Source of the DNA: a virus
Virus record (IMG/VR): IMGVR_UViG_3300035661_000038
Span: 1-64,000 of that record
DNA: 64,000 bases
Direction: 5' to 3' (one strand)
Made by a program: the position numbers and the translations under genes. The notes under the pieces are model-generated. The model had not been told where the DNA came from. It ran no database searches and was given only the letters and a program-made list of their open reading frames with translations. Positions 37,487-47,071 of this stretch are shown one piece after another; the first letter of the stretch is position 1; every line of letters starts with the position of its first letter.

Positions 37487-38301
37487 CACTCGTCGGATGT
37501 CGCGCCCGAGCGCAGCCGTCGACCGCCGGCGATCGCGTTGAACCGCGCGAGCAAGTCGAGCCGCCGGAACTCCAAGTGCATGTTGCCGTTCTTGTACGTC
37601 TTGAACGCGAAGTACGGCGTCTCGCCGTGTCCGGTGAACGCCTTGTCGCGGATGAGCGACGAGATCGCGCTGTAGTGGGTCTTCGTGATTTGGCCGCGCC
37701 CGTCGAGCGCCGAAAAGACGTTCTCCAATGCCGTGAGGTACTCGTCGGTGCGGTAGTGGTTCACGCGCCACGACGAGCAGAGCTTCCCCCACGGCTCGAC
37801 GACGTGCATGAGCACGATCTTGCGCGGCACTTCGTACTCGCTGTTCTGCTTGTACTTGGAGCGTCGCGGCCGCAGCCAGTCGAAGACCTCTTCGATCGCC
37901 TCGGCCAGCATCACGTCGAGGTTGGCCGAGATGCTTGTCACGAAGTCGCTGACCGAGCGCTCCGTCACCTCGGGGAGCTCGCGGCGCTCGACCTGGCGCT
38001 GGAGCTCCTGCCACCGCGTCGCGCTCATCATCCGCCGCAGCTCCAACCGCTCGATGAGCACCTGCCAAACGTCGTGGCGCATCGCGAGCAACGCATCGTT
38101 CACCGCGCGGTCACCGAGTGCGAAGTAACGATCGCCCGTGACGCGGATTGTCCGGCACGAATCCGCACGGAACGCGTCGTTGAGCCGTATCTCTGCCTCC
38201 TGGAGCTCGGCGTACGCGACGCGAATCTTCGCGACCGCCTCCTCGTAGACGCGTACGAGCTCGGTGATGGTGAGGCGGCGGGCGAGTGTGACGCGGGGCA
38301 T
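37486..38301 (-). CDS. DUF4942-like protein (stand-alone)
   Basis: YKQNS..VPRKIV and ETPYFAFKTYKNGNMHLEFRRLDLL. Confidence 0.75.
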   Translation of the reverse strand: MPRVTLARRLTITELVRVYEEAVAKIRVAYAELQEAEIRLNDAFRADSCRTIRVTGDRYFALGDRAVNDALLAMRHDVWQVLIERLELRRMMSATRWQELQRQVERRELPEVTERSVSDFVTSISANLDVMLAEAIEEVFDWLRPRRSKYKQNSEYEVPRKIVLMHVVEPWGKLCSSWRVNHYRTDEYLTALENVFSALDGRGQITKTHYSAISSLIRDKAFTGHGETPYFAFKTYKNGNMHLEFRRLDLLARFNAIAGGRRLRSGATSDE

Positions 38302-38387
38302 CCACCGTTCGATGCCGCCTCGGGTGCGCGAACGACAGGGCCCCCGATCGCAACAGCGACCGGGGGCCCCTCATCACCGCACCGTGC

Positions 38388-38630
38388 TCAGACGGTCGCC
38401 GGCGTCTTCATCGCTTCGAGTGCGGCCTCGATCTGCGCGATGAGGTCGTTGGCCGCCTGCGTGGTCGTGGTCACATCACTCGCGGCCGCCGTCACGGCCG
38501 CCTGCGCGGCGACGAGCGACGCCTGCGCGTTCGCGAGCGCAGCAGCGGCGACCTGTTCTGCCGAGCGCGCGGCCTTGAGCTGGTCGATCTGCGCGAGCAC
38601 TGCCGAAATCGGATCGATCGGGTCACCCAT
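38388..38630 (-). CDS. Ala-rich coiled-coil protein
   Basis: 80 aa, MGDPIDP start. Confidence 0.6.
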   Translation of the reverse strand: MGDPIDPISAVLAQIDQLKAARSAEQVAAAALANAQASLVAAQAAVTAAASDVTTTTQAANDLIAQIEAALEAMKTPATV

Positions 38631-38692
38631 GTGACTTCTCTTTTCGTGATGCCGGTGACGCCGGCGGGGTTGGTGTCGCGCGAGCGACATGC

Positions 38693-40885
38693 TCACGCGT
38701 CGTCATCCTTCTTCAGCGGGAGCCCACCGCCCAGCGACGGGGCCGCTGGCGGCTTCAGCGGGCCCGCAGGCGCGCCCGAGGGAGCTCCAGGGAGCTTGGG
38801 GCCGCCCGGAGACGGCGGGCCCTTCCTCGGAGCGCCAGGGAGCTCGAGCGGGGGTGTCTTGAGAGCGTCGGCGGGCGGCGGCTCGCCGACCTTGCCGAGC
38901 TCCGCGTTCGCAGCGCTCGCGACCGTTTTCGCGTTCTTGGCCTTGAACTCGGCCATCGTCAGGTCGCCATCGGGACCCGGCAGCGGCGGCAGGTTGATGC
39001 TCGCGCGCGCCTCGTTGACCGTAATGATGGTCGCGAGATCGGTGGGCGCGAGAGTGATACCGCCCGCGACCTTGCCGCCCTTCGGCTTCGTGCCGTCCTC
39101 GTCATCGGCAGGCGTGTCGGTGGGCTTCGCGCCGATGTCGACACTGCGCGAGATCGTCGCGCCGCTCGGGAGCTCCTGAGTGTGCGTGACCGAACCCGCG
39201 GCTGCGTCATCGACGTCGCCGAGCATCGCCGCCGTCTTTGTCTCTTCTTCGGCGAGACCCGCCTGCATTGCCTTCCACTCTGCCTCAGGGTCATGGCCGA
39301 CGAGCGAGGCCATATAGCGGGTGGCCGTCTGCTGCGTCATGAACGCCTTGCCCCCCGTCGCGGCGGTGAGCGCGGGCGCGGCCTTGGAGAGGTCATCGAC
39401 CGTCGGCGAGAAGAACGACGGCCACTGGAGCTCCACCTCACCGCTCTCGCCCGGTGAGCGCTCGACCACCGTCACCGTCTCCTCGCCCGTGGGCAGGCCG
39501 TTGTCGTCCAACACCGGCGCGCGCTCGAATCGCGGCGGGTAGTTCAGTCTGACCTCTTGCTCTTCTTCGCTGCCGTCGTCCTGCGTGACGGTGACGCGCG
39601 TGCCGATCATCCTCGTGGCGACCGAGTTGATCTGGTCGAGCATCCGCACGATGAGCGCGCCGTACTGCTCGCGGAGCACCGCCGCCTTGCCGAGCATCGG
39701 TTCGAAGAGCGTCTCAATCGTCACCGACGAGACGCCGTTCGCCGCGATTTCTGACGGGTCCGGCACAATGCACTGCGCCGTCTCCAACGCCGACCGGCGC
39801 TTGGATTCGAACAGCTTGAGGCCCGCCTCGATGCTCGTGCCCGCGAGCTCCATGTACTCCGCGTCGCCGTCCTTGCCGGTGACGATCGCGTTGTCGGAGC
39901 CTTTCTTGACCGCGCCGCGCGCGACGAGCTCGGGGTCCATCTTGAGCTTCAATGTCGGGTCGAGGTTGAGCACCCCGCCACGCGCAAGCACCGAGTAGAG
40001 GATGTCGAGCGTGTCGCACGTCTCGTAGAGCCCGTCGTAGTCGGGCAGCCCGTCGATGTCCTCGTCATTCGGGAGGTTCTGGCACCAGTGGAAGTGACAC
40101 GCGCCTTCGCCGTGCGCGACCGACTTCTCCACCGTCCAGTTCGGGATCTCCACCGACTTGTCGAAGCGCACCGGGGCAAACACGATGTCCTCGTCCAGCG
40201 TCCAATCGCGCCGATACCAGAACCAATTCATCGCCCACGCGCGCTTCGTCGCGTCCCACTCCTCTTTCTCGAACAGGTAGCACTCCGTCGCCCACGCCGG
40301 CACGAGCGCTGAGCGGTCGGCCCATTCGTGGACAAAGATGTTCTTCGCATTGTGGACTTCGATGCGCGGGCGCCCGTTCACGAACGACCACGACATGCCG
40401 ACAGAGCCCATCCCGCCGCCGAGCGTGCGCGCGCGGATCATCTTCACCGGCAACCCCGCAAGCCGCGAGGTGGCCTGGGTGAAGTCGCGGCGCGCGTCGT
40501 CGCCCTCGACGCGAAGCTGAGGGAAGCGGTTCTTGCCGAACAGCAGGTTCGTGAACGCGCCGACGATGATCGGCCCGAGGCGGTAGGGGGAGCTCGGACG
40601 GCGGTTCCTCATCGGCACGAAGAACGGCACCTTCTCCTGCGAGATCATCGGCTGCGTCGCGCCGGCGCCGGTCGCCTTAGAGATCGAACGACCGTCGAAG
40701 TCGTACAGCTTGCCGTCGTGCTGTCGGTTTTCGAGATACTGCTGGCGCCGGTTCAGCTCGCGAAAGCGCGCCGTGTCGAGGATGGCGCGCGACGGCGCGA
40801 ACCCCTGATTGAACGGGTCCGCGCCGCCCACCGCCTTACCGTATGAGGACTGCCCGACCGCCTGCCCGTTCGCCATCATCGACAT
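38693..40885 (-). CDS. Portal protein with long C-terminal extension
   Basis: SPP1 gp6-like layout (ANGVSSVTIETLF), TVNEARASINLPPL, upstream of the gpF-like gene. Confidence 0.8.
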   Translation of the reverse strand: MSMMANGQAVGQSSYGKAVGGADPFNQGFAPSRAILDTARFRELNRRQQYLENRQHDGKLYDFDGRSISKATGAGATQPMISQEKVPFFVPMRNRRPSSPYRLGPIIVGAFTNLLFGKNRFPQLRVEGDDARRDFTQATSRLAGLPVKMIRARTLGGGMGSVGMSWSFVNGRPRIEVHNAKNIFVHEWADRSALVPAWATECYLFEKEEWDATKRAWAMNWFWYRRDWTLDEDIVFAPVRFDKSVEIPNWTVEKSVAHGEGACHFHWCQNLPNDEDIDGLPDYDGLYETCDTLDILYSVLARGGVLNLDPTLKLKMDPELVARGAVKKGSDNAIVTGKDGDAEYMELAGTSIEAGLKLFESKRRSALETAQCIVPDPSEIAANGVSSVTIETLFEPMLGKAAVLREQYGALIVRMLDQINSVATRMIGTRVTVTQDDGSEEEQEVRLNYPPRFERAPVLDDNGLPTGEETVTVVERSPGESGEVELQWPSFFSPTVDDLSKAAPALTAATGGKAFMTQQTATRYMASLVGHDPEAEWKAMQAGLAEEETKTAAMLGDVDDAAAGSVTHTQELPSGATISRSVDIGAKPTDTPADDEDGTKPKGGKVAGGITLAPTDLATIITVNEARASINLPPLPGPDGDLTMAEFKAKNAKTVASAANAELGKVGEPPPADALKTPPLELPGAPRKGPPSPGGPKLPGAPSGAPAGPLKPPAAPSLGGGLPLKKDDDA

Positions 40886-40888
40886 CCG

Positions 40889-41191
40889 TCAGCCTCCCGC
40901 GCGAGCTCGTGCCTGCGCGATGCGGTCCGCAACCGTCCCCCGTCTCGCCACCGGCGCCGGTAGAGGCTCGCGCGTCGCCTCACGCGCCTCTGCCACCATG
41001 CGCTGTGCCGCTGGCGACAACGCCACTGGTGGGATCGGTGTGTCATCCTCGTCGTCCGATGGCGACTCGCCAGCGAACGCCGTCTCGCTCTCGGAGGACA
41101 GCGGCGGCTTGAACGCCGCCACGCGCAGGCCGATTCGGATGAGTGCGACGCCAGCGAGCTCGCGCACGCGGGTGAGGAAGTCGACGAGCAT
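40889..41191 (-). CDS. Hypothetical protein
   Basis: 100 aa; tight packing. Confidence 0.55.
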   Translation of the reverse strand: MLVDFLTRVRELAGVALIRIGLRVAAFKPPLSSESETAFAGESPSDDEDDTPIPPVALSPAAQRMVAEAREATREPLPAPVARRGTVADRIAQARARAGG

Positions 41192-41193
41192 CG

Positions 41194-41688
41194 TCAGTAG
41201 CCGATCGTGGTGAGATCAGCGGCCATCGCGAACTCGTACTCCCCCGCCGGCGCAGCCGCCGGGTTGGTGTCGTTGACGACGAGCATCACGAGCTCGCCAC
41301 CCGCGGTCATGTCCGCGAGCGACGCAGCGTCGGCGCTCTTGGCGCGCTGGGAGATGCCAAGCGTGTCGAAGAACGAGATCTTGCCGTCTTCGAGGTTCGT
41401 CACCGGCCCGAGCGCAAACCAGCGCTGGGTCAACGAGTCGTACACGTAGAGCTGCGCGGGGAGCGCGACCGGCGTACCAATTCCCTTGTAGTTCATCGCG
41501 ACCGCGATGCGGTGCGCCGGCCACCCGTTCACGTCGAGGAATCGGTGAGCGAGCACGTTGTCGAGCTCGTCTCCCCCGACCATCACCGGCGCCGAGACGC
41601 CGTAGACCGGCGCGCCGGGCACCACGTCACTGCCGAGCGCGGTGCCACCGGCGCCCTTCCACCGCGAGAACTTCTTGTGCATATGCAT
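41194..41688 (-). CDS. Hypothetical protein
   Basis: 164 aa, AAGGAG RBS. Confidence 0.7.
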   Translation of the reverse strand: MHMHKKFSRWKGAGGTALGSDVVPGAPVYGVSAPVMVGGDELDNVLAHRFLDVNGWPAHRIAVAMNYKGIGTPVALPAQLYVYDSLTQRWFALGPVTNLEDGKISFFDTLGISQRAKSADAASLADMTAGGELVMLVVNDTNPAAAPAGEYEFAMAADLTTIGY

Positions 41689-41720
41689 CGCCGCCGTCTC
41701 CTTCGGAGCCCGGCTGCGAC

Positions 41721-41742
41721 GACCAAAAGGCGCCTTTTGGTC
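41721..41742. repeat. 22-bp dispersed palindrome, copy 8 (perfect, core GGCGCC)
   Basis: Overlaps the TGA of 41741..42295. Confidence 0.95.
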
Positions 41743-42295
41743 AGACCAGGCTCACCGCGGCCCAGGCTACACGAAGCCCCGGCCCAGCGCCGTAGAGCCC
41801 GAGCCCGAGGTAGCCGTCATTCGGCGAGAAGACGCGCGCCGACCCGCGCACGATCCATCCGCCCTCGGGGCGCTCGGCGCCCAGCATCGAGAGATCGAAC
41901 GCCGGCTCGCGTTCGTCCGCTGCGAAGCCCGGTCGCTGGGCGAGCGCTTGAGTGGTGTCGGGAGTGATGCGGATCTGCCCCGTGAAGCGATCCGTCTTCT
42001 CCGCGTCGACGTTGCGCACGAGTCGCGCCGCCCACCGGATCATCTGATGGCGCTGGGTTACGAACATCAGCATCGGGCACACGAGCCCCGGGTGACTCGG
42101 CAACGGCCATCCCGCGCCCCACGCGCGCTTGAAGTACCCGCCGACCGCTGAGAGGTGGAACAGGGTCGGATCCACCGGCAAGAGCGTCACCCCGTGCGAT
42201 GCGAGGATCGCGGCTTGGGCCGCGTCGACGATCGCCCCTTCCCAAAAGTCTCCCGTCAGGTCCTCGACGACGATGTGGTGCTGTCCGTTCTGCAT
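41741..42295 (-). CDS. Hypothetical protein
   Basis: 184 aa, AGGAGG RBS. Confidence 0.7.
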   Translation of the reverse strand: MQNGQHHIVVEDLTGDFWEGAIVDAAQAAILASHGVTLLPVDPTLFHLSAVGGYFKRAWGAGWPLPSHPGLVCPMLMFVTQRHQMIRWAARLVRNVDAEKTDRFTGQIRITPDTTQALAQRPGFAADEREPAFDLSMLGAERPEGGWIVRGSARVFSPNDGYLGLGLYGAGPGLRVAWAAVSLV

Positions 42296-42345
42296 GGCTC
42301 GCGCGCCTCCTAGCGCGCGAGCCTACGACGGCCACTGCGCGCGCG

Positions 42346-42978
42346 TCACGAGCTCGACGAGCTCGGCGCCGGGTGCGCACTCGCCCACGCCGTCGCAAAG
42401 CCGACGCGGTGCTTCGCGTGCAAGCTTCCCTCAACGCAGCGTCCGTTCGTGTAAATCGAAAAGACGTCCGCGCCCGCGAGTGCCTTCTTGGCGGCGTTTA
42501 GCGGGTGTTTCGCGTCGGAGCAGATCGCCCGCGAGACACGAAGCTTGTGAAGCGCGGCGCGCGCACACTTCTTCCGGTCGACGACGAGCTCGTCCGCAGT
42601 CCACCCCTCCGCGGTCTCCATCCCGCGTCCCTTCACGTACCGCGCGTCGACGAGCACTTGGAGTAAGCACACCTCGCCCGCGGGACCGCGGACGGCGCCA
42701 GTGTCCACGAGTAGGTCGTAACCGCTCTCGAAGCGTGCGATCGACATCAGCAACAGCGCCGTCCTCGCGCGCGCGTCCGCCCCCTCGAAGACCGGCGTCT
42801 CGTTCGCGTCGCTCGCGACCTCGATGAAGTCGCGCGCAATCGACTCGCGGCGCGCGAGGTACGCCGCCGGCGTCTCCCCGTTCAATGCGAGCTTCGAAAA
42901 CGGGCCTGGTTGCGTTTCCGCGGGCACCGGGAACCACGAAAGCGACGCCGCAACGAGCCAGGCGATGAGGTGCTTCAT
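42346..42978 (-). CDS. Exported lytic-transglycosylase / lysozyme-like protein
   Basis: Hydrophobic N-terminus MKHLIAWLVAASL; IARFESGY and CLLQV match SLT motifs I/II. Confidence 0.6.
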   Translation of the reverse strand: MKHLIAWLVAASLSWFPVPAETQPGPFSKLALNGETPAAYLARRESIARDFIEVASDANETPVFEGADARARTALLLMSIARFESGYDLLVDTGAVRGPAGEVCLLQVLVDARYVKGRGMETAEGWTADELVVDRKKCARAALHKLRVSRAICSDAKHPLNAAKKALAGADVFSIYTNGRCVEGSLHAKHRVGFATAWASAHPAPSSSSS

Positions 42979-43012
42979 TGGACCGCGGAGAATGCCGCGG
43001 CCGCGTACGGAG

Positions 43013-43759
43013 TCACGCGGGATCGGCGATGAAGCTCGCGTTGAGAGCGGCCACAATTGACTCTGCACGTGAGCCTTCCGCGGGACCGCTGCTCTTCTGG
43101 AAGGCCATCGCGCGGAGCAACACCTTGAGTTGATCGAGCGAGCCGAAGAACACGTCGTGGTCGACGCGAGGGCTCGTGATGCCCGGCACGCTGCACCCGT
43201 TGTCGCCTGCGTACTGCCACCCGATTGCGCTCGACCACGCGCGAGGGATCGTCGGCCGGCGCACACCGTAGTGCGCGACGATGAGCGGGCGCGTCGCGAT
43301 CGCGAGCTCGCGCGCGGGCGCCCACCGATCGGCGAACCCGGGACCCGTGTAGACGAAGAACTGCGTCTGAAAAAGCCGCTCTCCCTCGTCGAGGAACGCC
43401 GCGAGTTCTTCGGGCTCGTGGCCGCCACCGGCCACCTCCCAATCGACCATCGGCGCGAGGTCGAGCCCCGGGCGGAAGTCCTTGCAGCGGTCGCGGAGGA
43501 TGCGCGCCTGCGTGCGCGGATCCACGCCGCCGTGGATCGCGTGGTACGGACCCGCGAAGAAGTCCGCCGCGCGCGCGTTCGCCCAATTCTCGACCCAGCG
43601 TTCGTCCGCCGTCGACCAGTCGCTCTCGCCCTCGCGAATCCAACCGAACGCGATCGCTGCCGCGGCAACGGCGTGCCAATCGATCGGTCCCTGGAATTTC
43701 GAAATGTCGATTCCTTCGAGGCCAGGGATGGGCGAGGTGGGAACGCAAACGGCGGTCAT
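43013..43759 (-). CDS. GH25 muramidase (endolysin)
   Basis: GIDISKFQG, GPYH, PMVDWE, YTG, WQY, VDHDVF. Confidence 0.9.
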   Translation of the reverse strand: MTAVCVPTSPIPGLEGIDISKFQGPIDWHAVAAAAIAFGWIREGESDWSTADERWVENWANARAADFFAGPYHAIHGGVDPRTQARILRDRCKDFRPGLDLAPMVDWEVAGGGHEPEELAAFLDEGERLFQTQFFVYTGPGFADRWAPARELAIATRPLIVAHYGVRRPTIPRAWSSAIGWQYAGDNGCSVPGITSPRVDHDVFFGSLDQLKVLLRAMAFQKSSGPAEGSRAESIVAALNASFIADPA

Positions 43760-43783
43760 GCGCCCAAGGCTACCGCGGAACGG

Positions 43784-43822
43784 CGAAACCCCTACCCCTA
43801 CAAGACCGGAGAAGGGGTTTCG
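43784..43822. terminator. Inverted repeat between the lipoprotein and GH25 genes
   Basis: cgaaacccct...aggggtttcg. Confidence 0.4.
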
Positions 43823-43855
43823 TCGTCGCCAATCACCGGCGCAGCGCTCGCAATC

Positions 43856-44149
43856 CTAGCGCGCCGCGCAGCGCACGTTCGGGCACGCGCGAATCGCCGC
43901 CACCGTCGTCGCGTCCGCGATGCACCGCGCATCGAACGCGAGCCGCGGATCCTTGCGACCGAGCACCGCTTCGCACGTATCCCCGCCCGGCGCAGGATCG
44001 CCCTCGGGACAGTCGTGGATGCGGAGGTTGAAGCACGCCAGCGCCTCAACCTCCGCATCCACCGCCGGCGTCACCGGACCTCGCGGCGTCGGGCGCGAGC
44101 AACACGCCCCGACCACCGCCACGACTCCAACCGCGAGCGCGCGGATCAC
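43856..44149 (-). CDS. Cys-rich lipoprotein
   Basis: AVGVVAVVGAC lipobox, 8 Cys. Confidence 0.7.
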   Translation of the reverse strand: MIRALAVGVVAVVGACCSRPTPRGPVTPAVDAEVEALACFNLRIHDCPEGDPAPGGDTCEAVLGRKDPRLAFDARCIADATTVAAIRACPNVRCAAR

Positions 44150-45066
44150 GCTGACACCTCCGGAATCACCGTCGCGGCGCTCTTGTCCTCCGCGATCTTG
44201 CGCTTCGGCGCCTCAGGCTTCGGCCCCACCGTCACCGCGTAGAGGTCACTCGTGCGCGGGTCGCAGAGCAGTGCCTTGCGGAACGTGAACCGCCCAAGCC
44301 CCTTGCCCCAGTCCTCCCACGGGCTGATGCCCTCGAAGACGATCTCTCCCGTCGCCGGATCGGTCTCGTACGCGAGGATGATGACCGCGTGGTTGCACGG
44401 CACGCGCGGATCAGGTTCGGGGCCGACGTCGCCCGAGCCGTCGTAGTTCTGGAACACGTTGCCCACCGCGATTGCGAACAGCACCGGGTAGCCTTGCGAG
44501 ATCGCGTGGCACACCTCGGTCACCCGGTGGTCACCGTCACTCGTGATCTCATAAACGCCGGTCAGACGAAACGCCGTCGCGTCCTTGACCGCCTGGAGAT
44601 CGGGCTCGTCGTTGATGTGATTGTCGAGCGCATCCGCGTCCGACGGCAGATCGGCTTCGAGGCACACACCCCATTCAGCCGCCGCAGCGAATCCATCACT
44701 CGGGCTGCACCCGTCGTCGGTGAGCGGCGTGTTCGCGTCGCCGCGTGCCCAGCATCGCGCGAAGTCGTAGCAGCCGCGCGCCGAGTGCTCAGGCGGGTTG
44801 TGCACACCCATCACCGCGAGGCGCGTGTCGATCGCACGCCACAACGCGAAGCCGACACAGCTCGATGTGGCGCGCTGACTCTTGAACGGCGGCGTCGCGG
44901 GCATCAGCGACCAGCTCAGGGGGAGTCGCACCGGCGCGCCGAGCAGATGCTTGGCACTCTGGTGCTTCGCCTTCTGCGCGGGCGTGTCGGGCTTGTACCC
45001 GAGGGCACGCGCGGGCGGCGGGATGATGGTCGTGGGCGCGGGCGGCGGATCGGTCGGTTCGCTCAT
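44146..45066 (-). CDS. Papain-like (C1A) cysteine peptidase
   Basis: QRATSSCVGFA, NHAV, WEDWG. Confidence 0.85.
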   Translation of the reverse strand: MSEPTDPPPAPTTIIPPPARALGYKPDTPAQKAKHQSAKHLLGAPVRLPLSWSLMPATPPFKSQRATSSCVGFALWRAIDTRLAVMGVHNPPEHSARGCYDFARCWARGDANTPLTDDGCSPSDGFAAAAEWGVCLEADLPSDADALDNHINDEPDLQAVKDATAFRLTGVYEITSDGDHRVTEVCHAISQGYPVLFAIAVGNVFQNYDGSGDVGPEPDPRVPCNHAVIILAYETDPATGEIVFEGISPWEDWGKGLGRFTFRKALLCDPRTSDLYAVTVGPKPEAPKRKIAEDKSAATVIPEVSA

Positions 45067-45099
45067 GCACCCGAGGCTATCGTGCGCGCATCGAGCACG

Positions 45100-45477
45100 T
45101 CACGACACCGCGCGCGTGATGTCTGAGGTCGGGTCGATCAAGATCGTGCCGCTGTCGATCGTCGACACCACCCCCGTCGCGTCCATCGCCTGCACGTCGT
45201 AGAGCAGCTTGGTCGGCGTGTCGGGGAAGAGCCGCGTCTTGCTCGCGGGCATCGTCACCGTCAGCGCGCCCAGGTTCACGTCGGTCACGACGATTCCACC
45301 CGAGCCGTCGCCTGTCTTCGCCGCGAACACCGCGTACTCGTCCGGGTCGCTCGCGAACCGCTTCACCGTGAACCAGAACGTCCACCCTGGCACCGGCATC
45401 ACCGCGCCCGTGATCGAGTCGCGCACGACGAGCTTGATGACCAACGTGTCGCCGCGCGTCATCGTCTGCACACTCAT
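45100..45477 (-). CDS. BppU-N-like beta-sandwich virion protein
   Basis: RGDT..FTVK..YDVQ. Confidence 0.6.
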   Translation of the reverse strand: MSVQTMTRGDTLVIKLVVRDSITGAVMPVPGWTFWFTVKRFASDPDEYAVFAAKTGDGSGGIVVTDVNLGALTVTMPASKTRLFPDTPTKLLYDVQAMDATGVVSTIDSGTILIDPTSDITRAVS

Positions 45478-47063
45478 CTCGGATCTCCTCGAGGCTTGCT
45501 CGTCGAGACGACCACCGCGATCGGAGCCGTCGACTTCACCACCGTAGCAGCCGGATGGGACGCGACGCCTTCGAGGCACGGTTGGGCGATCGGAGCCGTC
45601 GACTTCACTACCGTAGCAGCCGGATGGGACGCGTTTGCGGGCGCGACGCCTTCAAGGCGCGATTGTGCGACGGCGACACCCACCGACGTTGACGTGATCG
45701 GGAAGAGCACCGCCCCGACGCCCCCGACACGCGCGAGCCCCGAGCTCGTACCAATGCCGATGAACGCAGCGATGCCAGCACCTCCGACCGTCGCCGCGCC
45801 CGAGCTCGTGCCAATGCCGATGTACGCAGCGATGCCGACGCCCCCGACCGACGCCGCGCCCGAGCTCGTACCCGTAGCGATTCGGATCTGGACAGCAATA
45901 CCCGAGACCGTGGCTGCGCCCGCGCTCGCGGCAGTTGCGAGTGCGGTCGCCGCACCCGTGCCCGCCACCGTAGCGGCCCCGCCGACAACTCCGATTCCGG
46001 TGAACCGACTAGCACCCGTTCCGGCGACGCTCGCCGCTCCTACGACCGCCCCGGTGCCTATCGCGAGCGCAACGCCGGTGCCCACTACCGTGCCCACGCC
46101 CACCGAGACGCCGAGCCCGGTGAAGGTCAACGAGCCCGTGCCCGCTACCGTGCCCGCACCCGACGAGACACCGAACCCGGCGAAGGTCGACGAGCCCGTG
46201 CCCGCTACCGTGCCCGCACCCGACGAGACACCGGTACCTATCGCGAGCGCAACGCTCGTGCCTGCTACCGACGCCGTACCCGACGAGACACCGGTACCTA
46301 TCGCGAGCGCAACGCTCGTGCCTGCTACCGACGCCGTGCCCGACGAGACACCGAACCCGGCGAAGGTCGACGAGCCCGTGCCAATGACGCTCGCCGCGCC
46401 TGTCACCGCGCCCGTAGCCGTCCAGGTGGCGGCCCCGACGCCAGAGACCAACGCGCTACTCGACGCTGCGCCCGTAGCCGTCCAAGTAGCCGCGCCGACG
46501 CCGGTGACCGCGGCGGCACCCAAACTCGAACCTGTCGCGATCGCGAGCGGCGCGCCGACGCCGGTAACCGCGGCAGCACCCGAGCTCGAACCCATCACGG
46601 TCGCGAGCGGTGCACCCGTACCCGAGACCGCGGCAGCACCCGAGCTCGAACCTGTCGCGATCGCGTTCGCGACGCCGGTGCCCGAGACCGCAGCGACACC
46701 TGAACTCGAACCTGTCGCGATCGCGAGCGGCGCGCCGATGCCCGAAACCGCAACGGCACCCGAGCTCGAACCTGTCGCGATCGCGATCGCGACGCCGGTG
46801 CCCGCGACGCTCGCCGCACCAACACTCGCGCCAGTGCCGATCACAAGCGCAACGCCGGTGCCCGAAACCGCGACCGCACCCGAGCTCGAACCTGTCGCGA
46901 TCGCGATCGGCGCGCCGATGCCCGAGACGCTCGCCGCACCGACGCTCGCGCCAGTGCCGATCACAAGCGCAACGCCGGTGCCCGCGACGCTCGCCGCACC
47001 GACGCTCGCGCCGGTGCTAGTAACGACGCTCGCGCCGCTGAGCAGTGCGAGCAGAAGAGACAT
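45474..47063 (-). CDS. G/A/S/T/V-rich protein built of ~20-aa repeats (fibre-like)
   Basis: ~60-bp tandem units (ATGSSSGAAAVSGxGAPLAI); ASHPAATVVKSTAPIA x2 at the C-terminus. Confidence 0.75.
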   Translation of the reverse strand: MSLLLALLSGASVVTSTGASVGAASVAGTGVALVIGTGASVGAASVSGIGAPIAIATGSSSGAVAVSGTGVALVIGTGASVGAASVAGTGVAIAIATGSSSGAVAVSGIGAPLAIATGSSSGVAAVSGTGVANAIATGSSSGAAAVSGTGAPLATVMGSSSGAAAVTGVGAPLAIATGSSLGAAAVTGVGAATWTATGAASSSALVSGVGAATWTATGAVTGAASVIGTGSSTFAGFGVSSGTASVAGTSVALAIGTGVSSGTASVAGTSVALAIGTGVSSGAGTVAGTGSSTFAGFGVSSGAGTVAGTGSLTFTGLGVSVGVGTVVGTGVALAIGTGAVVGAASVAGTGASRFTGIGVVGGAATVAGTGAATALATAASAGAATVSGIAVQIRIATGTSSGAASVGGVGIAAYIGIGTSSGAATVGGAGIAAFIGIGTSSGLARVGGVGAVLFPITSTSVGVAVAQSRLEGVAPANASHPAATVVKSTAPIAQPCLEGVASHPAATVVKSTAPIAVVVSTSKPRGDPR

Positions 47064-47071
47064 CGATCAGC

